A DNA stretch of 64,000 bases from Phycisphaerales bacterium (GCA_965227775.1 OZ245777.1:2720001-2784000); one strand, 5' to 3'; shown: positions 17,670-28,751, counted from the stretch's first letter. Notes: generated from the sequence alone by a model not told the origin. Made by a program: numbers and translations.

Positions 17670-19136
17670 TTGGCACACACCAGAACCAATCCACGCGGCC
17701 GAGGCCGCTCTCGCTCCGCATCGCCTCGCTTTGAGACCGCCCGCTCGGTTGTGCACCAGCGGCTCCGGGAAGAGGCACACCGCTACCCCGACCTCGGGCT
17801 CGAGCCGCTCGACACCGGGCCGATCAAGGGTCCGGGCGCCGGCCGCGAAGCCGCGCTCGCCCACGCCATCTACGACGCCGTGATGCGGCGATGGATCACG
17901 CTCGAAGCGATCATCGCGCCCCACACGAGCCGGCCGATCGCAGAGATGGACAGTACCGTCCGCGCTGCCCTTCTGGCTGGGGCCGCCCAACTCCTGCTGC
18001 TCGACCGCATCCCTCCCCATGCGGCCATCAACGAAGCGGTCGACTGGACGCGTGCCGCCGGCAAGCCCAAGGCCACGGGGCTGGTCAACGCCGTGCTCCG
18101 CCGGGTCGCCGAGTCGGTCGCACGTGGCGAGGAGGGGTGGCCGGTCGTTCTCGATGGACCCGCCGCCGACCACGTCGGTAAGGCCGACCTCCTGCCTCTG
18201 CACGATGGCCGAGCCATCCAGCTCTCACGCGAGGCCTTCCCAACCGAGACGCTGCCCTGGCTCGAACAGGCCTGCGGCCTGCCGCGAGCATTGGTCGAAC
18301 GCTGGCACGGTCAACTCGGTGAAGCCGGTGCGATCGAGCAATCGCTGCACACGCTCGTTCATCCGCCTGTAGTCATCAACCACGGCCACGCGGGCGACCC
18401 GGTCGAAGCGCCCGAGGGCCAAACGCTTACGCGCCACCAGCGCGACGGCCTGAGCGTGCTGGGCCCCATCGGGGCGAGCCCGCGCGAGATCCTCAAAGGT
18501 CGCAAGGACGTCTGGGTGCAGGACGCGACATCTGCGGGGGCGCTCGACGTGCTCGCGGACCTGGAGTCGACGCCCTCCCTCGTCGTCGATCTGTGCGCCG
18601 GCATGGGTACCAAGACCCGCCAGCTGCGCGCGATGTTCCCTGAAGCGACGATCCTCGCGTGCGACACCAACGACGCGCGCGCCAAGGGCCTGCGCCGCGT
18701 ATTCGCGAAGGACGAGAAGACCCAGGTCCTCGAGATCGAGGACGTGCGTTACGAAGCCGCGGGCAAGGCTCACCTCGTGCTCCTCGACGTGCCGTGCAGT
18801 AACTCGGGCGTACTACCGCGGCGGCCCGAGGCGCGATATCGCCTGGGCCTCGAGAAGGCTGAAGGCCAGATCGAGCGGCTCACGGGGGTGCAGCGAGATC
18901 TGCTCGCCCAGAGCCGCGCCATGCTCGCACCCGGTGGAATGGTGGTCTATGCCACGTGCAGCATGGACGCGGAAGAGAACCAAGACATCACCGCGTGGGC
19001 GTGCGAATCGGCCGGCTTCAAGCTGCTCAAGGAATCCTCAACACAGCCAGCAGGCCTGCCCGGCGAGTCGCCGACGGCCTATCGAGACGGCGGATACGCC
19101 GCCTTACTGGTCGCCGAGGGATCGGAGAGGCGATAG
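17670..19136 (+). CDS. rsmB: RsmB/Sun-like RNA m5C methyltransferase with NusB-like N-terminal domain
   Basis: IPPHAAINEAV, GLVNAVLRR, WVQD, DLCAGMGTKT, DVPCSNSGV, YATCS; start uncertain (TTG 17670). Confidence 0.82.
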   Translation: MAHTRTNPRGRGRSRSASPRFETARSVVHQRLREEAHRYPDLGLEPLDTGPIKGPGAGREAALAHAIYDAVMRRWITLEAIIAPHTSRPIAEMDSTVRAALLAGAAQLLLLDRIPPHAAINEAVDWTRAAGKPKATGLVNAVLRRVAESVARGEEGWPVVLDGPAADHVGKADLLPLHDGRAIQLSREAFPTETLPWLEQACGLPRALVERWHGQLGEAGAIEQSLHTLVHPPVVINHGHAGDPVEAPEGQTLTRHQRDGLSVLGPIGASPREILKGRKDVWVQDATSAGALDVLADLESTPSLVVDLCAGMGTKTRQLRAMFPEATILACDTNDARAKGLRRVFAKDEKTQVLEIEDVRYEAAGKAHLVLLDVPCSNSGVLPRRPEARYRLGLEKAEGQIERLTGVQRDLLAQSRAMLAPGGMVVYATCSMDAEENQDITAWACESAGFKLLKESSTQPAGLPGESPTAYRDGGYAALLVAEGSERR

Positions 19137-19229
19137 GCGGGCGGCAGGGGGTCTACAGTGGCCCCATGACCGATGTCCGCGGCCGCGTGAGGGCCACCGG
19201 ATGACGGCGAGCGGCGGAGCGGGACACCG

Positions 19230-19691
19230 ATGAAGTTGCTGGACATCCTGACGCCCGAGTGCGTGAAGGCGCCGCTCGACTCGGCCGACAAACGCGCGGT
19301 CATCGATGAGATGGTCGACCTGCTGGCCGGCCTCGGCCGTGTTAACAACGCCCAGGCCCTGAAAGACGCCGTCTGGGCGCGCGAGCAAACCCGCACCACC
19401 GGCATCGGCCATGGCTTGGCCATCCCCCACGGCAAGTGCGAGGGCCTCAGCGGCCTGGCGATGGCGATCGGAAAGCCCGCGAGCCCCATCGAGTTCGAGG
19501 CTATCGATGGCCAGCCCGTCCGCCTCATCGTCCTGCTTGCCAGCCCGCCCGACCGCACGAGCGACCACATCCAGGCGCTGGCCCGCATCAGCCGCCTGAT
19601 GACCATGGACGACTTCCGCGACCGCATCTACGCGGCCAGCACGCCGGAAGAGATCTACGAACTCCTCCAGGATCAGGAAAAGGCCGGCTAA
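19230..19691 (+). CDS. ptsN: PTS IIA (Ntr/fructose-type) domain protein
   Basis: REQTRTTGIGHGLAIPHGK, FEAIDGQPV, HIQALARISR. Confidence 0.88.
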   Translation: MKLLDILTPECVKAPLDSADKRAVIDEMVDLLAGLGRVNNAQALKDAVWAREQTRTTGIGHGLAIPHGKCEGLSGLAMAIGKPASPIEFEAIDGQPVRLIVLLASPPDRTSDHIQALARISRLMTMDDFRDRIYAASTPEEIYELLQDQEKAG

Positions 19692-19742
19692 GGCAAGCCC
19701 GCGCTCACCGATCCTCCGGGAACATCCCTCTAGAATCTCAGC

Positions 19743-21722
19743 GTGCCCGTTCTGGCTGTCGCCAATCTCGAGCTTTCATACGGCGACGACGTGATCCTGC
19801 GCGGTTGCTCGCTGTCGGTCGAGCCGCGCGAACGCGTCGCGATCGTCGGCCCAAACGGCACCGGCAAGAGCAGCCTGCTGAAGATCATGGCCGGCGTGCA
19901 GAAGTCCGACGCGGGCGAGATCTCGCTGCAGCGCGGCGCACGCGTGGCCTACCTCGCGCAAGACCCGCAGATCGACCGAGGCGTCACGCTCCGTGAGCAC
20001 GCGGCGAGCGCGTTCGAAGAACTCGCCGCCTTGCACAAGCAGCTCGAAGCCGTCTTCCACAAGCTGGCCGATGCCGATGGCGATGAGCTGCAGAAGGCCA
20101 TGGCCGAGCAGGCGCGGATCGAAGAGCGCATCCAGGCCGCCGGCGGCTACAACATCGACCACCGTATCGACGGCGTGCTCCACGGCCTTGGCTTCCGAGA
20201 CGCCCAGTTCGCACTCCCGGTCGAGAAGCTCAGCGGCGGACAGAAGGCCCGGCTGGCATTGGCTCGCGCCCTGCTGACCGAGCCCGACGTGCTGCTGATG
20301 GACGAGCCCACGAACCACCTGGACGTGCACGGCCGGATCTGGCTCGAGGACTTTTTGGTCGAGACGTTTAAGGGTGCCGTCGTACTCATCGCCCACGACC
20401 GATCGGTGCTAACCCGCGTGGCCCAACGCATCGTCGAGCTCGAGCGCGGTCGGGTGATCAGCTACCCGGGCGGATACACGGCGTTCCGGACGCTCCGGGC
20501 CGATCGGTTGCGCACACAGATGGAAGCCTGGGAGCGCCAGCAGACGAAGTTCAAGCAAGAGCAGGCCTTCATCGACAAGTACCGGGCGGGGCAACGGGCG
20601 AAGCAGGCCAAGGGCCGAGAGAGCCGCCTCGACCGAGCTCGCGAGTCATCGACGCTCGAGAAGCCCGTCGAGATGGCCGTCTTCAAGCCCAGCCTGCCGC
20701 AAGCGCCGCGCACGGGTGACATCGTCGTCAAGGCCACCGGCCTCACAATGCGATACCCGCGCGACGAAGGCTCGATGCTCACGCTCTTCGAGAACCTCGA
20801 CATCACCATCTCACGTGGTGAGCGTTGGGGCGTGGTCGGCCCCAACGGCGCGGGGAAGAGCACGCTCGTGGAGTGCCTGCTCGGCAAGCGCGACCCGACG
20901 GGTGGCCAGATCAAGCACGGAGCGGGGCTCAAGGTCGGCTACTTCAGCCAGGGTCGGGGCGACATGGATCCGATGACGACCGTGCCGAGGCACATCCAGC
21001 GTGTCGTCGCCCGACTGGCAGAGACGGAAGAGGGCCCGGACAAGCCCAAGCTCTTGACCGAGCAGGAGTCGCGCGACCTGGCCGGCGCGTTCCTGTTCTC
21101 GGGTGATCGCCAGGAAGCAATCCTGGGCGACATGTCGGGCGGCGAGCGCGCGCGAGCGGCGCTCGCGGCGCTGCTCGCCTGTGCGCGCAATGTGCTGGTG
21201 CTCGACGAACCGACCAACCACCTCGATATACCCAGCGCCGAGCGGCTTGAGGCCATGCTCGAGCGCGGCGAGGGCAAGAAGAGCGGCACCTTCGATGGGA
21301 CGCTCATCGTCGTCAGCCACGACCGCACGCTCGTCGACGCCGTGTGCGATCACCTCATCGTGTTTGACGGCAAGGGTGGCGTGAGCCTGCACCTGGGCGG
21401 CTGGAGCGATTGGCTCGCGGGCGGGGCGCGTTCGATCTCGGCCCCAGAGCCCGTGCAGCGCGCGGCACCCCCACCGCCGCCGCCAGCAGCCGCCCCGACC
21501 GCCCGATCGAAGGCGAGCAAGAGCAAGTACTCGTGGATGCCCGTGGAGGCCATCGAAGAGAAGATCAAGGAGCTCGAAGGCGAGATCGCCCGCATCGATG
21601 TGAAGCTCGACGATCCCGACATCTGGAAGGACGCCATCAAGGCCGCGGAGATCAACGCCAGTCGCGATGATCTCAAGGCCGAGCTGGACGCCCTGGAAAC
21701 GGAGTGGCTCGGCCGTGTCTGA
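19743..21722 (+). CDS. ABC-F family ATPase (Uup/YheS-like)
   Basis: Two NBDs (GPNGTGKS, LSGGQ, DEPTNHLD; GPNGAGKS, MSGGE, DEPTNHLD), no TM, C-terminal coiled coil. Confidence 0.93.
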   Translation: MPVLAVANLELSYGDDVILRGCSLSVEPRERVAIVGPNGTGKSSLLKIMAGVQKSDAGEISLQRGARVAYLAQDPQIDRGVTLREHAASAFEELAALHKQLEAVFHKLADADGDELQKAMAEQARIEERIQAAGGYNIDHRIDGVLHGLGFRDAQFALPVEKLSGGQKARLALARALLTEPDVLLMDEPTNHLDVHGRIWLEDFLVETFKGAVVLIAHDRSVLTRVAQRIVELERGRVISYPGGYTAFRTLRADRLRTQMEAWERQQTKFKQEQAFIDKYRAGQRAKQAKGRESRLDRARESSTLEKPVEMAVFKPSLPQAPRTGDIVVKATGLTMRYPRDEGSMLTLFENLDITISRGERWGVVGPNGAGKSTLVECLLGKRDPTGGQIKHGAGLKVGYFSQGRGDMDPMTTVPRHIQRVVARLAETEEGPDKPKLLTEQESRDLAGAFLFSGDRQEAILGDMSGGERARAALAALLACARNVLVLDEPTNHLDIPSAERLEAMLERGEGKKSGTFDGTLIVVSHDRTLVDAVCDHLIVFDGKGGVSLHLGGWSDWLAGGARSISAPEPVQRAAPPPPPPAAAPTARSKASKSKYSWMPVEAIEEKIKELEGEIARIDVKLDDPDIWKDAIKAAEINASRDDLKAELDALETEWLGRV

Positions 21723-21723
21723 C

Positions 21724-22014
21724 ATGCCTTACGTTGATCCCGTCCGCCGCAAGCACACGCAGCGCATCAAGCTCGGCGCGATCGTGGCCTGCACGCCCTG
21801 GCTCTTGCTGGGGCTGGTTGGCTTGATCTCTGCCGGCGTTACCGCCGCCCGGGCCGCGCGCCTGCCGATCGATGAGATCCGCCCGCTGGCGATCGCCACG
21901 CTGTCCGTCTGCGCGTTCATCAGCATCGTCGGCCTGGCGATCATGATCCTGGGCATCGCAGGGCTGGCCGTTTCGAACAAGCCGAGCAACAACGCGGAAG
22001 GGACAAAGCCATGA
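21724..22014 (+). CDS. Small two-TM membrane protein
   Basis: Two hydrophobic segments; abuts the ABC-F stop. Confidence 0.6.
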   Translation: MPYVDPVRRKHTQRIKLGAIVACTPWLLLGLVGLISAGVTAARAARLPIDEIRPLAIATLSVCAFISIVGLAIMILGIAGLAVSNKPSNNAEGTKP

Positions 22015-22298
22015 CGCGATTCATTGGCTGGATCCTGCTGCTCGTCGGTCTGGGGCTCATGATCACCGGACTCGCGATGGCCTTGCAGGGTTACGTGCAC
22101 ATCATCCATGAGGCGGTCAGCAACCCGCTCGCAGAGGGCGCCGCCAGCGACGAGCCCGAGAAGGCTCAGGCGGGCACGATGCTGCGGTGGGCCATCGTTG
22201 GGCTCGCGGGCGTGCCCTTCGCTGCGGTGGGCTTCATGCTGACCCTCAAGAGCCGCCTGAGGCGGATGAAAGCACGCCGCCTCTCCGCCGCACGCTGA
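22011..22298 (+). CDS. Small two-TM membrane protein
   Basis: ATGA overlap; two hydrophobic segments, basic tail. Confidence 0.65.
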   Translation: MTRFIGWILLLVGLGLMITGLAMALQGYVHIIHEAVSNPLAEGAASDEPEKAQAGTMLRWAIVGLAGVPFAAVGFMLTLKSRLRRMKARRLSAAR

Positions 22299-22324
22299 CA
22301 CGAACGCTCGGGGTACACTTGCGC

Positions 22325-22984
22325 ATGCTTACGCGAGACCAGATCACCAAGCGAGCGGCCAAGGAACTGCGTGACGGCTACGTCGTGAATCTCGGCATCG
22401 GCATGCCGACCCTCGTGGCCAACCACATCCCCGAGGGCATGGACGTGTGGCTGCAATCCGAGAATGGGCTGCTGGGTATCGGCCCGTTCCCGACCGATGC
22501 CGAGGTGGATGCCGACCTGATCAATGCCGGCAAGCAAACGGTGACGGCCCGCACGGGCGCCAGCTTCTTCAGCAGCGCCGAGAGCTTCGGCATGATCCGA
22601 GGTGGGCACATCGACATGTGCATCCTGGGCGCTATGGAGGTCAGCCAAGAGGGCGACATCGCCAACTGGATGATCCCGGGCAAGATGGTCAAGGGCATGG
22701 GCGGAGCGATGGACCTTGTCGCGGGCGTCCGCAAGGTCGTCGTAGCCATGGAGCACTGCAACAAGCACGGCCAGTCGAAGATCGTGGAGCAATGCTCGCT
22801 ACCGCTGACCGGCCAGCGTTGTGTCAACATGGTCATTACCGACCTTTGCGTGCTGGTCATGGACGTCAACAGGCACCGCTTCGTGCTGACCGAGGTCGCC
22901 CCGGGTGTCACGGTCGACGAGGTGAAGGCCAAGACCGAGGCCGAGATCTTGGTCGCCGACAGCGTCGCCGAGGTCGCAGCCTGA
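22325..22984 (+). CDS. scoB: 3-oxoacid CoA-transferase subunit B
   Basis: [35 protein letters not shown]. Confidence 0.93.
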   Translation: MLTRDQITKRAAKELRDGYVVNLGIGMPTLVANHIPEGMDVWLQSENGLLGIGPFPTDAEVDADLINAGKQTVTARTGASFFSSAESFGMIRGGHIDMCILGAMEVSQEGDIANWMIPGKMVKGMGGAMDLVAGVRKVVVAMEHCNKHGQSKIVEQCSLPLTGQRCVNMVITDLCVLVMDVNRHRFVLTEVAPGVTVDEVKAKTEAEILVADSVAEVAA

Positions 22985-23130
22985 GAATCCGGCCCAGACC
23001 GCAGCATTCATTCAAGCGGGAAAACCAGACGACCGATCCGTAAGGGCCGGCTTGGTGGGCTTTCCGGATACCATCGACCGGTTATCGAACCTCAGCATCC
23101 GCGTCGGACGCGAGCCGGGGCCGATGGACA

Positions 23131-25542
23131 GTGGAGCCCCAGTTGATCGTCGGCACCCTCCTAGCCATCTTCGCACTGGCCGTGGCGGCCCCGTCCCTGC
23201 ACCGCGTGCTGGGACGAGCCACGGGCTACGTGCTGGCTCTGGGTCCGCTGGTCGCCTTTGGGTACTACCTCACGCAGATGAACTCAACCGCCGCCGGCGA
23301 GGCGACGACCGTCGCCGTGGCATGGGCCGAGTCGCTGGGGGTGGAGTTCTCGTTCCGTGTCGACTCGCTCAGCACGCTGTTCGCGTTGCTGGTCACCGGC
23401 GTGGGCACGGGCATCGTGCTGTACGCCAACAGCTACCTGGAAGGCCACCCGAAGCGGGGCCGGTTCTTTGGCTACCTGCTCGGCTTTATGGGCGCGATGC
23501 TGGGCCTCGTGCTGGCCGACGATCTGATCCTGCTCTTCATCTTCTGGGAGCTCACGAGCATTACGAGCTACCTGCTCATCGGCTTCGACCATGAGCGTGA
23601 GAAAGCCCGAAAGAGCGCCCTGCAGGCCTTGGTCATCACGGGTCTGGGCGGGCTATCAATGTTGGCCGGCCTGGTGCTACTCGGGCAGATCGCCGGCACA
23701 TTCTCGGTGTCGGGCATCATCGAGAACTATCAGACCCTCGCCGAGAGCCCGCTGACTCTGGCGGCCATGATCCTGGTGCTGGGCGGCGCGTTCACCAAGA
23801 GCGCACAGTTCCCGTTCCACTTCTGGCTGCCAAACGCGATGGAGGCGCCATCGCCGGTCAGCGCCTACTTGCACTCTTCAACGATGGTCAAGGCGGGCGT
23901 GTACCTCGTGGCCCGCCTGAATCCGGCTTTCACCGAAGATCCGGCCTGGCAGTGGGCGCTTGCTGGCTTTGGCGGCGCGACGATGCTGCTGGGCGCGTAT
24001 ATGGCGACGCGGCAGACCTACTACAAGAAGGTCCTGGCCTACACCACCGTGAGTTCGCTGGGCATCATGGTCATGCTCATCGGCCTTGGTGCGCCGCAGG
24101 CCGCAGCCGCGTACATCCTTGCGCACGCGCTGTTCAAGGGCGCGTTGTTCCTCGTTGCCGGCATCGTCGACCACGAGGCGGGCGTGAAGGACACCGAGCA
24201 GATGGGCGGGCTCTTCAGCAAGATGCCCGTCACCGCCCTTGTCGCCATCATCTCGGGCCTGTCGATGGCCGGCATGGTGCCGTTGCTGGGCTTTGTGGCG
24301 AAGGAACTGCTCCTCAAGGGCAGCCTGCACGCGCATGGAGGGCCGCATGACGTCGCCTGGCTCTGGCCCACGATCTCAACGGTGGCCGGGTCGTTCATGG
24401 CAGTCGCTGGCTTCCAGGCTGGCATCCGGCCCTTCCTCATGAAGCGGACGGCAGAGGGTGACTATCCCAAGCCACCGCACGAGGCACCGCCGCCCATGCT
24501 GCTGGGCCCGGTCGTGCTGACGTGCTTGACGCTCGTCGGCGGGCTCGCGCCGATGTTGTTTGCCAAGCCGATCATCAACGGCACGACGGCATCGATCGCC
24601 GGGGCTCACGAGGTCGAACTCGTGAAGCTCAGCGCGATCTACATGGCCACGCACGCGAGCACGGCCCTGCTGCTCAGCGGAATCGCGCTCGTCGCCGGTG
24701 CGCTGCTGTTCTGGTTCCGCGGCCCGTGGCGCACGATCACGGGCCCGCTCGATCGCATCGGCTCCACCATTGGCCCCGAGCGGATCTACCACCTGCTCTT
24801 TGCCGGCACGGTCGGCCCGGTCTCGCTGGCAACCATGCAGACCAAGCTGCTCCAGAGCGGATACCTGCGTGTGTACGTCCAGGTCACCGTGCTCACCGCG
24901 CTCACGCTGGCTGGCGGGCTCATGGTCTGGCAGGGTGGGTTGGTTGAGTCGATCTCGGCGGCACTGCCGAAGTTCGGAGAGATCGCCTGGACCGAGTTGC
25001 TGTTCGAGGCCGTGCTGGTCTGCATGATCTGCATCGCGGCGATCGCAAGCACGCAGATGCGTGGGCGTCTGTCGACCATCGCCGTGCTGGGCGTCGTGGG
25101 CTATTGCTCAGCAGTAATCTTCGTGCTGTTCGGTGCACCCGATGTCGCAATGACCCAGTTCGCCGTCGAGACACTCACGGTGATCATCTTCGTGCTGGTG
25201 GTCTACCACCTGCCGAGGTTCGCCGTGTACAGCTCGAAGAAGGTCAAGACCCTCGACGCCATCCTCGGCGCGGCGTTCGGCCTGATGATGGCCGCATTCG
25301 TGGTCTCGTCGTTCGCGATCAACGCCGACGACGGCATCTCGTGGTTCTACAACCGATATGCACTTCCCAACGCGCCCGGCGAGCACGTTGCCTACGGCCG
25401 GAATCTCGTCAACATCATCCTCGTCGACTTCCGCGCCCTGGACACGCTCGGAGAGATCTTCGTGCTCGGTCTGGCGGCGGTTGGCGTCTACACGCTGCTG
25501 AAGCTTCGGCAAGAGCGTCCGGCCCAGGGAGGGATGGCATGA
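23131..25542 (+). CDS. mrpA: Mrp Na+/H+ antiporter subunit A
   Basis: FWELTSITSYLLIGF, TKSAQFPFHFWLPNAMEAPSPVSAYLHSSTMVK, NIILVDFRALDTLGE. Confidence 0.95.
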   Translation: MEPQLIVGTLLAIFALAVAAPSLHRVLGRATGYVLALGPLVAFGYYLTQMNSTAAGEATTVAVAWAESLGVEFSFRVDSLSTLFALLVTGVGTGIVLYANSYLEGHPKRGRFFGYLLGFMGAMLGLVLADDLILLFIFWELTSITSYLLIGFDHEREKARKSALQALVITGLGGLSMLAGLVLLGQIAGTFSVSGIIENYQTLAESPLTLAAMILVLGGAFTKSAQFPFHFWLPNAMEAPSPVSAYLHSSTMVKAGVYLVARLNPAFTEDPAWQWALAGFGGATMLLGAYMATRQTYYKKVLAYTTVSSLGIMVMLIGLGAPQAAAAYILAHALFKGALFLVAGIVDHEAGVKDTEQMGGLFSKMPVTALVAIISGLSMAGMVPLLGFVAKELLLKGSLHAHGGPHDVAWLWPTISTVAGSFMAVAGFQAGIRPFLMKRTAEGDYPKPPHEAPPPMLLGPVVLTCLTLVGGLAPMLFAKPIINGTTASIAGAHEVELVKLSAIYMATHASTALLLSGIALVAGALLFWFRGPWRTITGPLDRIGSTIGPERIYHLLFAGTVGPVSLATMQTKLLQSGYLRVYVQVTVLTALTLAGGLMVWQGGLVESISAALPKFGEIAWTELLFEAVLVCMICIAAIASTQMRGRLSTIAVLGVVGYCSAVIFVLFGAPDVAMTQFAVETLTVIIFVLVVYHLPRFAVYSSKKVKTLDAILGAAFGLMMAAFVVSSFAINADDGISWFYNRYALPNAPGEHVAYGRNLVNIILVDFRALDTLGEIFVLGLAAVGVYTLLKLRQERPAQGGMA

Positions 25543-25955
25543 ACTCCATCATCCTCCGCACCGCTACCCGGTTCATGCTGCCGCTGCTGATCTTGTTCAG
25601 CATCGTCGTGCTGCTGCGGGGACACAACCAGCCAGGAGGCGGCTTCGTGGGTGGGCTGCTGGCAACGTCGGCGTTCGCGCTGTATGCGATGGCTTTTGGC
25701 GTGCCCGCCATGTATCGGATCCTGCGGGTGCCCCTGACAACCTACATCGCCATCGGGCTCGGCATGGCGCTCGTCAGTGGCTTACCGGGCCTCATCGACG
25801 GGGGGCCGTTTCTCTACGGCATGTGGTCCAGCTTCGAGCTCGCCGGCATCGGCGAGTTGAAGGTCGGCACCCCGCTGTTGTTCGATATCGGCGTCTACTT
25901 CACTGTCATGGGCGTGTGCCTGCTCATGCTGAGCACACTGGCCGAAGAGAGCTAA
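25539..25955 (+). CDS. mrpB: Mrp antiporter subunit B
   Basis: LRGHNQPGGGFVGGL, LFDIGVY. Confidence 0.93.
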   Translation: MNSIILRTATRFMLPLLILFSIVVLLRGHNQPGGGFVGGLLATSAFALYAMAFGVPAMYRILRVPLTTYIAIGLGMALVSGLPGLIDGGPFLYGMWSSFELAGIGELKVGTPLLFDIGVYFTVMGVCLLMLSTLAEES

Positions 25956-25973
25956 AGAAAGGAGGATCGCGAA

Positions 25974-26321
25974 ATGGAACTGCTGCTCGCCCTTGCCGTC
26001 GGATTTCTGTACGCCGCGGGCATCTACATGATCCTCCGCCGAAGCTTCGTGAAGCTGATCATCGGGCTGGCCCTCATCAGCCACGGCGCGAATCTCTTGA
26101 TCTTTGCCGCCGGCGGGCTCACGCGCGGCAAGCCGGCCCTCATCCCCGAGGATGAGGACCAGCTGGTGGGCAATTTCACCGACCCGCTGCCTCCTGCGCT
26201 GATCCTGACCGCCGTGGTCATCAGCTTTGCCATCCTCGCATTCACGATCGTGCTCGTGAAGCGGACGTACCAGGAGGTCGGCACCGACGACCTCGACGCA
26301 ATGCGGACGACCGACCGATGA
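25974..26321 (+). CDS. mrpC: Mrp antiporter subunit C
   Basis: [24 protein letters not shown]. Confidence 0.93.
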   Translation: MELLLALAVGFLYAAGIYMILRRSFVKLIIGLALISHGANLLIFAAGGLTRGKPALIPEDEDQLVGNFTDPLPPALILTAVVISFAILAFTIVLVKRTYQEVGTDDLDAMRTTDR

Positions 26322-27958
26322 ACGCGACGATCATCGCACCCATCCTGGTCCCCCTTGCCACAACGGTGCTCTGCATCGCGTTGTGGAAGGACCGCACAAC
26401 CCAGCGCATTGCCAGCGTGATCGGTGCCGTGTGTCTGCTGGCAACGTCCATCTCACTGCTCTACGCCACCAGCGACGGCACCGTGGTCACCACCAATGCC
26501 GCCGGCTGGGCCGCCCCCTTTGGCATCACGCTCGTCGCCGACACGCTGAGCGCCTTGCTCGTGGGCCTCACAGGTGTCATCGCCGTCGCGATCACCGTCT
26601 ACAGCTTGGGTGCCATTGATCGCAAGCGCGAGAGCTTCGGTTACCATCCACTCGTCCACGCCGTGCTGGCAGCCTGCTCGGGCGCGTTCCTCACCGGCGA
26701 CATCTTCAACATGTACGTCTGGTTCGAGATCATGCTTCTGGCCAGCTTCGTGCTGCTCACGCTGGGCGGGGAGCGCGGCCAGCTCGAGGGCGCCATCAAG
26801 TACGTCACCCTCAATCTGCTCTCGAGCGGCATCTTCCTGGCTGCCATCGGCCTGCTTTACGGCATGACCGGTACGCTCAACATGGCCCACCTGTCGATCG
26901 TGCTCGATCGGGCCGACAACCCCGGCGCCATCACCGCGCTCTCCATGCTGTTCCTCGTCGCCTTTGGCATCAAGGCGGCCGTCTTCCCGCTGTTCTTCTG
27001 GCTTCCCGCGAGCTACCACACGCCGCCGGTGGCCATCACCGCGCTGTTCGCGGGCCTGCTGACCAAGGTGGGCGTCTACTCAATCATGCGGACGTTCACA
27101 CTGCTGTTCGACCAGCAGCTCGACATCACGGCACCCATCCTCATGTGGATCAGCGGGCTCACGATGGTGACCGGCGTGCTCGGCGCTGCCTGCCAGTTCG
27201 AGATCCGACGCATCCTGGCGTTCCACAGCGTCAGCCAGATCGGATACATGCTCATGGGCCTGTCGATCGCGCTCTACGCGCTCGCGCACGCGGAGCCCGA
27301 CAGCGTCGGCGCCAGAGAAACCGCCACCATTGCGCTCGCGGGTTCGGCGATGTTCCTGCTGCACCACGGCATCGTGAAGGGCAACCTGTTCCTCATCAGC
27401 GGGCTGGTCCAGCGCCTCGCGGGCACGAGCGAACTCAAGCACCTCGGCGGGCTCGTCAAGACCCACCCATGGACGGGCGTGCTGTTCATGGCGTCGGCCC
27501 TTTCACTGGCTGGCATCCCGATCTCGACCGGATTCTGGGGTAAGTTCGTGCTCATCAAGAGCGGGCTGGCCGCGGGCGCGTTCGCGCTCGTCGCTGCTTC
27601 GCTCTGCGTCAGCATCCTGACGCTCTACTCCATGACCAAGATCTGGGCCGAAGCGTTCTGGAAGGAGCCGCCCGAGTCCATGCCCGAGCCGCCGCCGGTG
27701 AGCGGCAAGGACGATCGCACCCGTATCGGCTTCATGGCCGCGCCCATCATCGTGCTCGCAACGGCCACAATCGCGCTGGGTGTCTTCATCGAGCCGCTCT
27801 ACCAGGTCGCGGAGAGCGCGGGCGAACAGGTGCTTGACACCGAGGCATATCAGCGAGCCGTGCTTGGCGACTACTACCAGCGAGCCGTCGACGGCACGCT
27901 GGGCGAGTTGGCTACCGTTCCATCGACGACCGAGACCATGCAGGGGGACCAGCCATAG
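26318..27958 (+). CDS. mrpD: Mrp antiporter subunit D
   Basis: [37 protein letters not shown]. Confidence 0.93.
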   Translation: MNATIIAPILVPLATTVLCIALWKDRTTQRIASVIGAVCLLATSISLLYATSDGTVVTTNAAGWAAPFGITLVADTLSALLVGLTGVIAVAITVYSLGAIDRKRESFGYHPLVHAVLAACSGAFLTGDIFNMYVWFEIMLLASFVLLTLGGERGQLEGAIKYVTLNLLSSGIFLAAIGLLYGMTGTLNMAHLSIVLDRADNPGAITALSMLFLVAFGIKAAVFPLFFWLPASYHTPPVAITALFAGLLTKVGVYSIMRTFTLLFDQQLDITAPILMWISGLTMVTGVLGAACQFEIRRILAFHSVSQIGYMLMGLSIALYALAHAEPDSVGARETATIALAGSAMFLLHHGIVKGNLFLISGLVQRLAGTSELKHLGGLVKTHPWTGVLFMASALSLAGIPISTGFWGKFVLIKSGLAAGAFALVAASLCVSILTLYSMTKIWAEAFWKEPPESMPEPPPVSGKDDRTRIGFMAAPIIVLATATIALGVFIEPLYQVAESAGEQVLDTEAYQRAVLGDYYQRAVDGTLGELATVPSTTETMQGDQP

Positions 27959-28431
27959 GCGCGCTCGTTCTCAATCTCGTGCTTGCGCTGGTGTGGGCGA
28001 TGGCCATCGGCCCGTTCTCGCCGGCCAACTTCTTCATCGGCTTCGTCATCGCGTTCGTGACGCTGCGGCTGTGCATTCCGCGCGAGATGCGAGGTTCGTA
28101 TTACTCGAAGGTCGGCCGCATCTCGCTGTTCTGCTTCTACGTCATCGTCGAGCTGGTTATCGCCAACATCAAGATGGCCTACTACACCATGAGCCCGCTG
28201 CGCAAGCTCAAGCCCGGCGTGCTGGCCGTCCCACTGGTCGAGGACATCACCGATACCGAGCTAACCATCCTGGCAAACCTCATCACGCTTACGCCGGGAA
28301 CGCTGAGCCTCGATGTCTCGGCCGACAAGTCGATCCTGTTCATCCACTTCATGCACGTCACCAGCCCCGACGAGATGCGGCGTGAGATCAAGGACGGCTT
28401 CGAGCGTCGCCTGCTGGAGGTGACGCGATGA
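27955..28431 (+). CDS. mrpE: Mrp antiporter subunit E (start ATA 27955 or GTG 27979)
   Basis: LANLITLTPGTL, IKDGFERRL; operon position. Confidence 0.9.
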   Translation: MGALVLNLVLALVWAMAIGPFSPANFFIGFVIAFVTLRLCIPREMRGSYYSKVGRISLFCFYVIVELVIANIKMAYYTMSPLRKLKPGVLAVPLVEDITDTELTILANLITLTPGTLSLDVSADKSILFIHFMHVTSPDEMRREIKDGFERRLLEVTR

Positions 28432-28751
28432 ACCTGATCACCCCCGCCGCCATCATCACGCCGGCGCTCAACGACGGTCCGGTTTTCATCGAGGTCATCG
28501 TGCTCGTCGTGCTGGGCATGCTTGCGATCGCGATGATCGGCTGCCTCGTCCGCTTGCTCATCGGCCCGACGCTGCCCGATCGCGTGGTCGCACTCGATCT
28601 CATGGGCATGTTCGCGGTGGCCGTTATCGCAATTTTTGCGATCCTCATCGGCAAGCCCGTGCTTCTGAGCGTGTGCCTGGTGATGGGCCTTATCCTCTTC
28701 CTGGGCACCGCTGCGTTCGCCCTCTACCTTGAGCGGAGAGCCCGGCCATGA
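28428..28751 (+). CDS. mrpF: Mrp antiporter subunit F
   Basis: RLLIGPTLPDRVVALD, FLGTAAFA. Confidence 0.92.
   Translation: MNLITPAAIITPALNDGPVFIEVIVLVVLGMLAIAMIGCLVRLLIGPTLPDRVVALDLMGMFAVAVIAIFAILIGKPVLLSVCLVMGLILFLGTAAFALYLERRARP

Noticed and set aside
22985..23130. Possible Na+/Li+ riboswitch upstream of mrpA
   Set aside because: An imperfect hairpin exists, but I cannot match it to a known consensus; needs an Rfam/Infernal search
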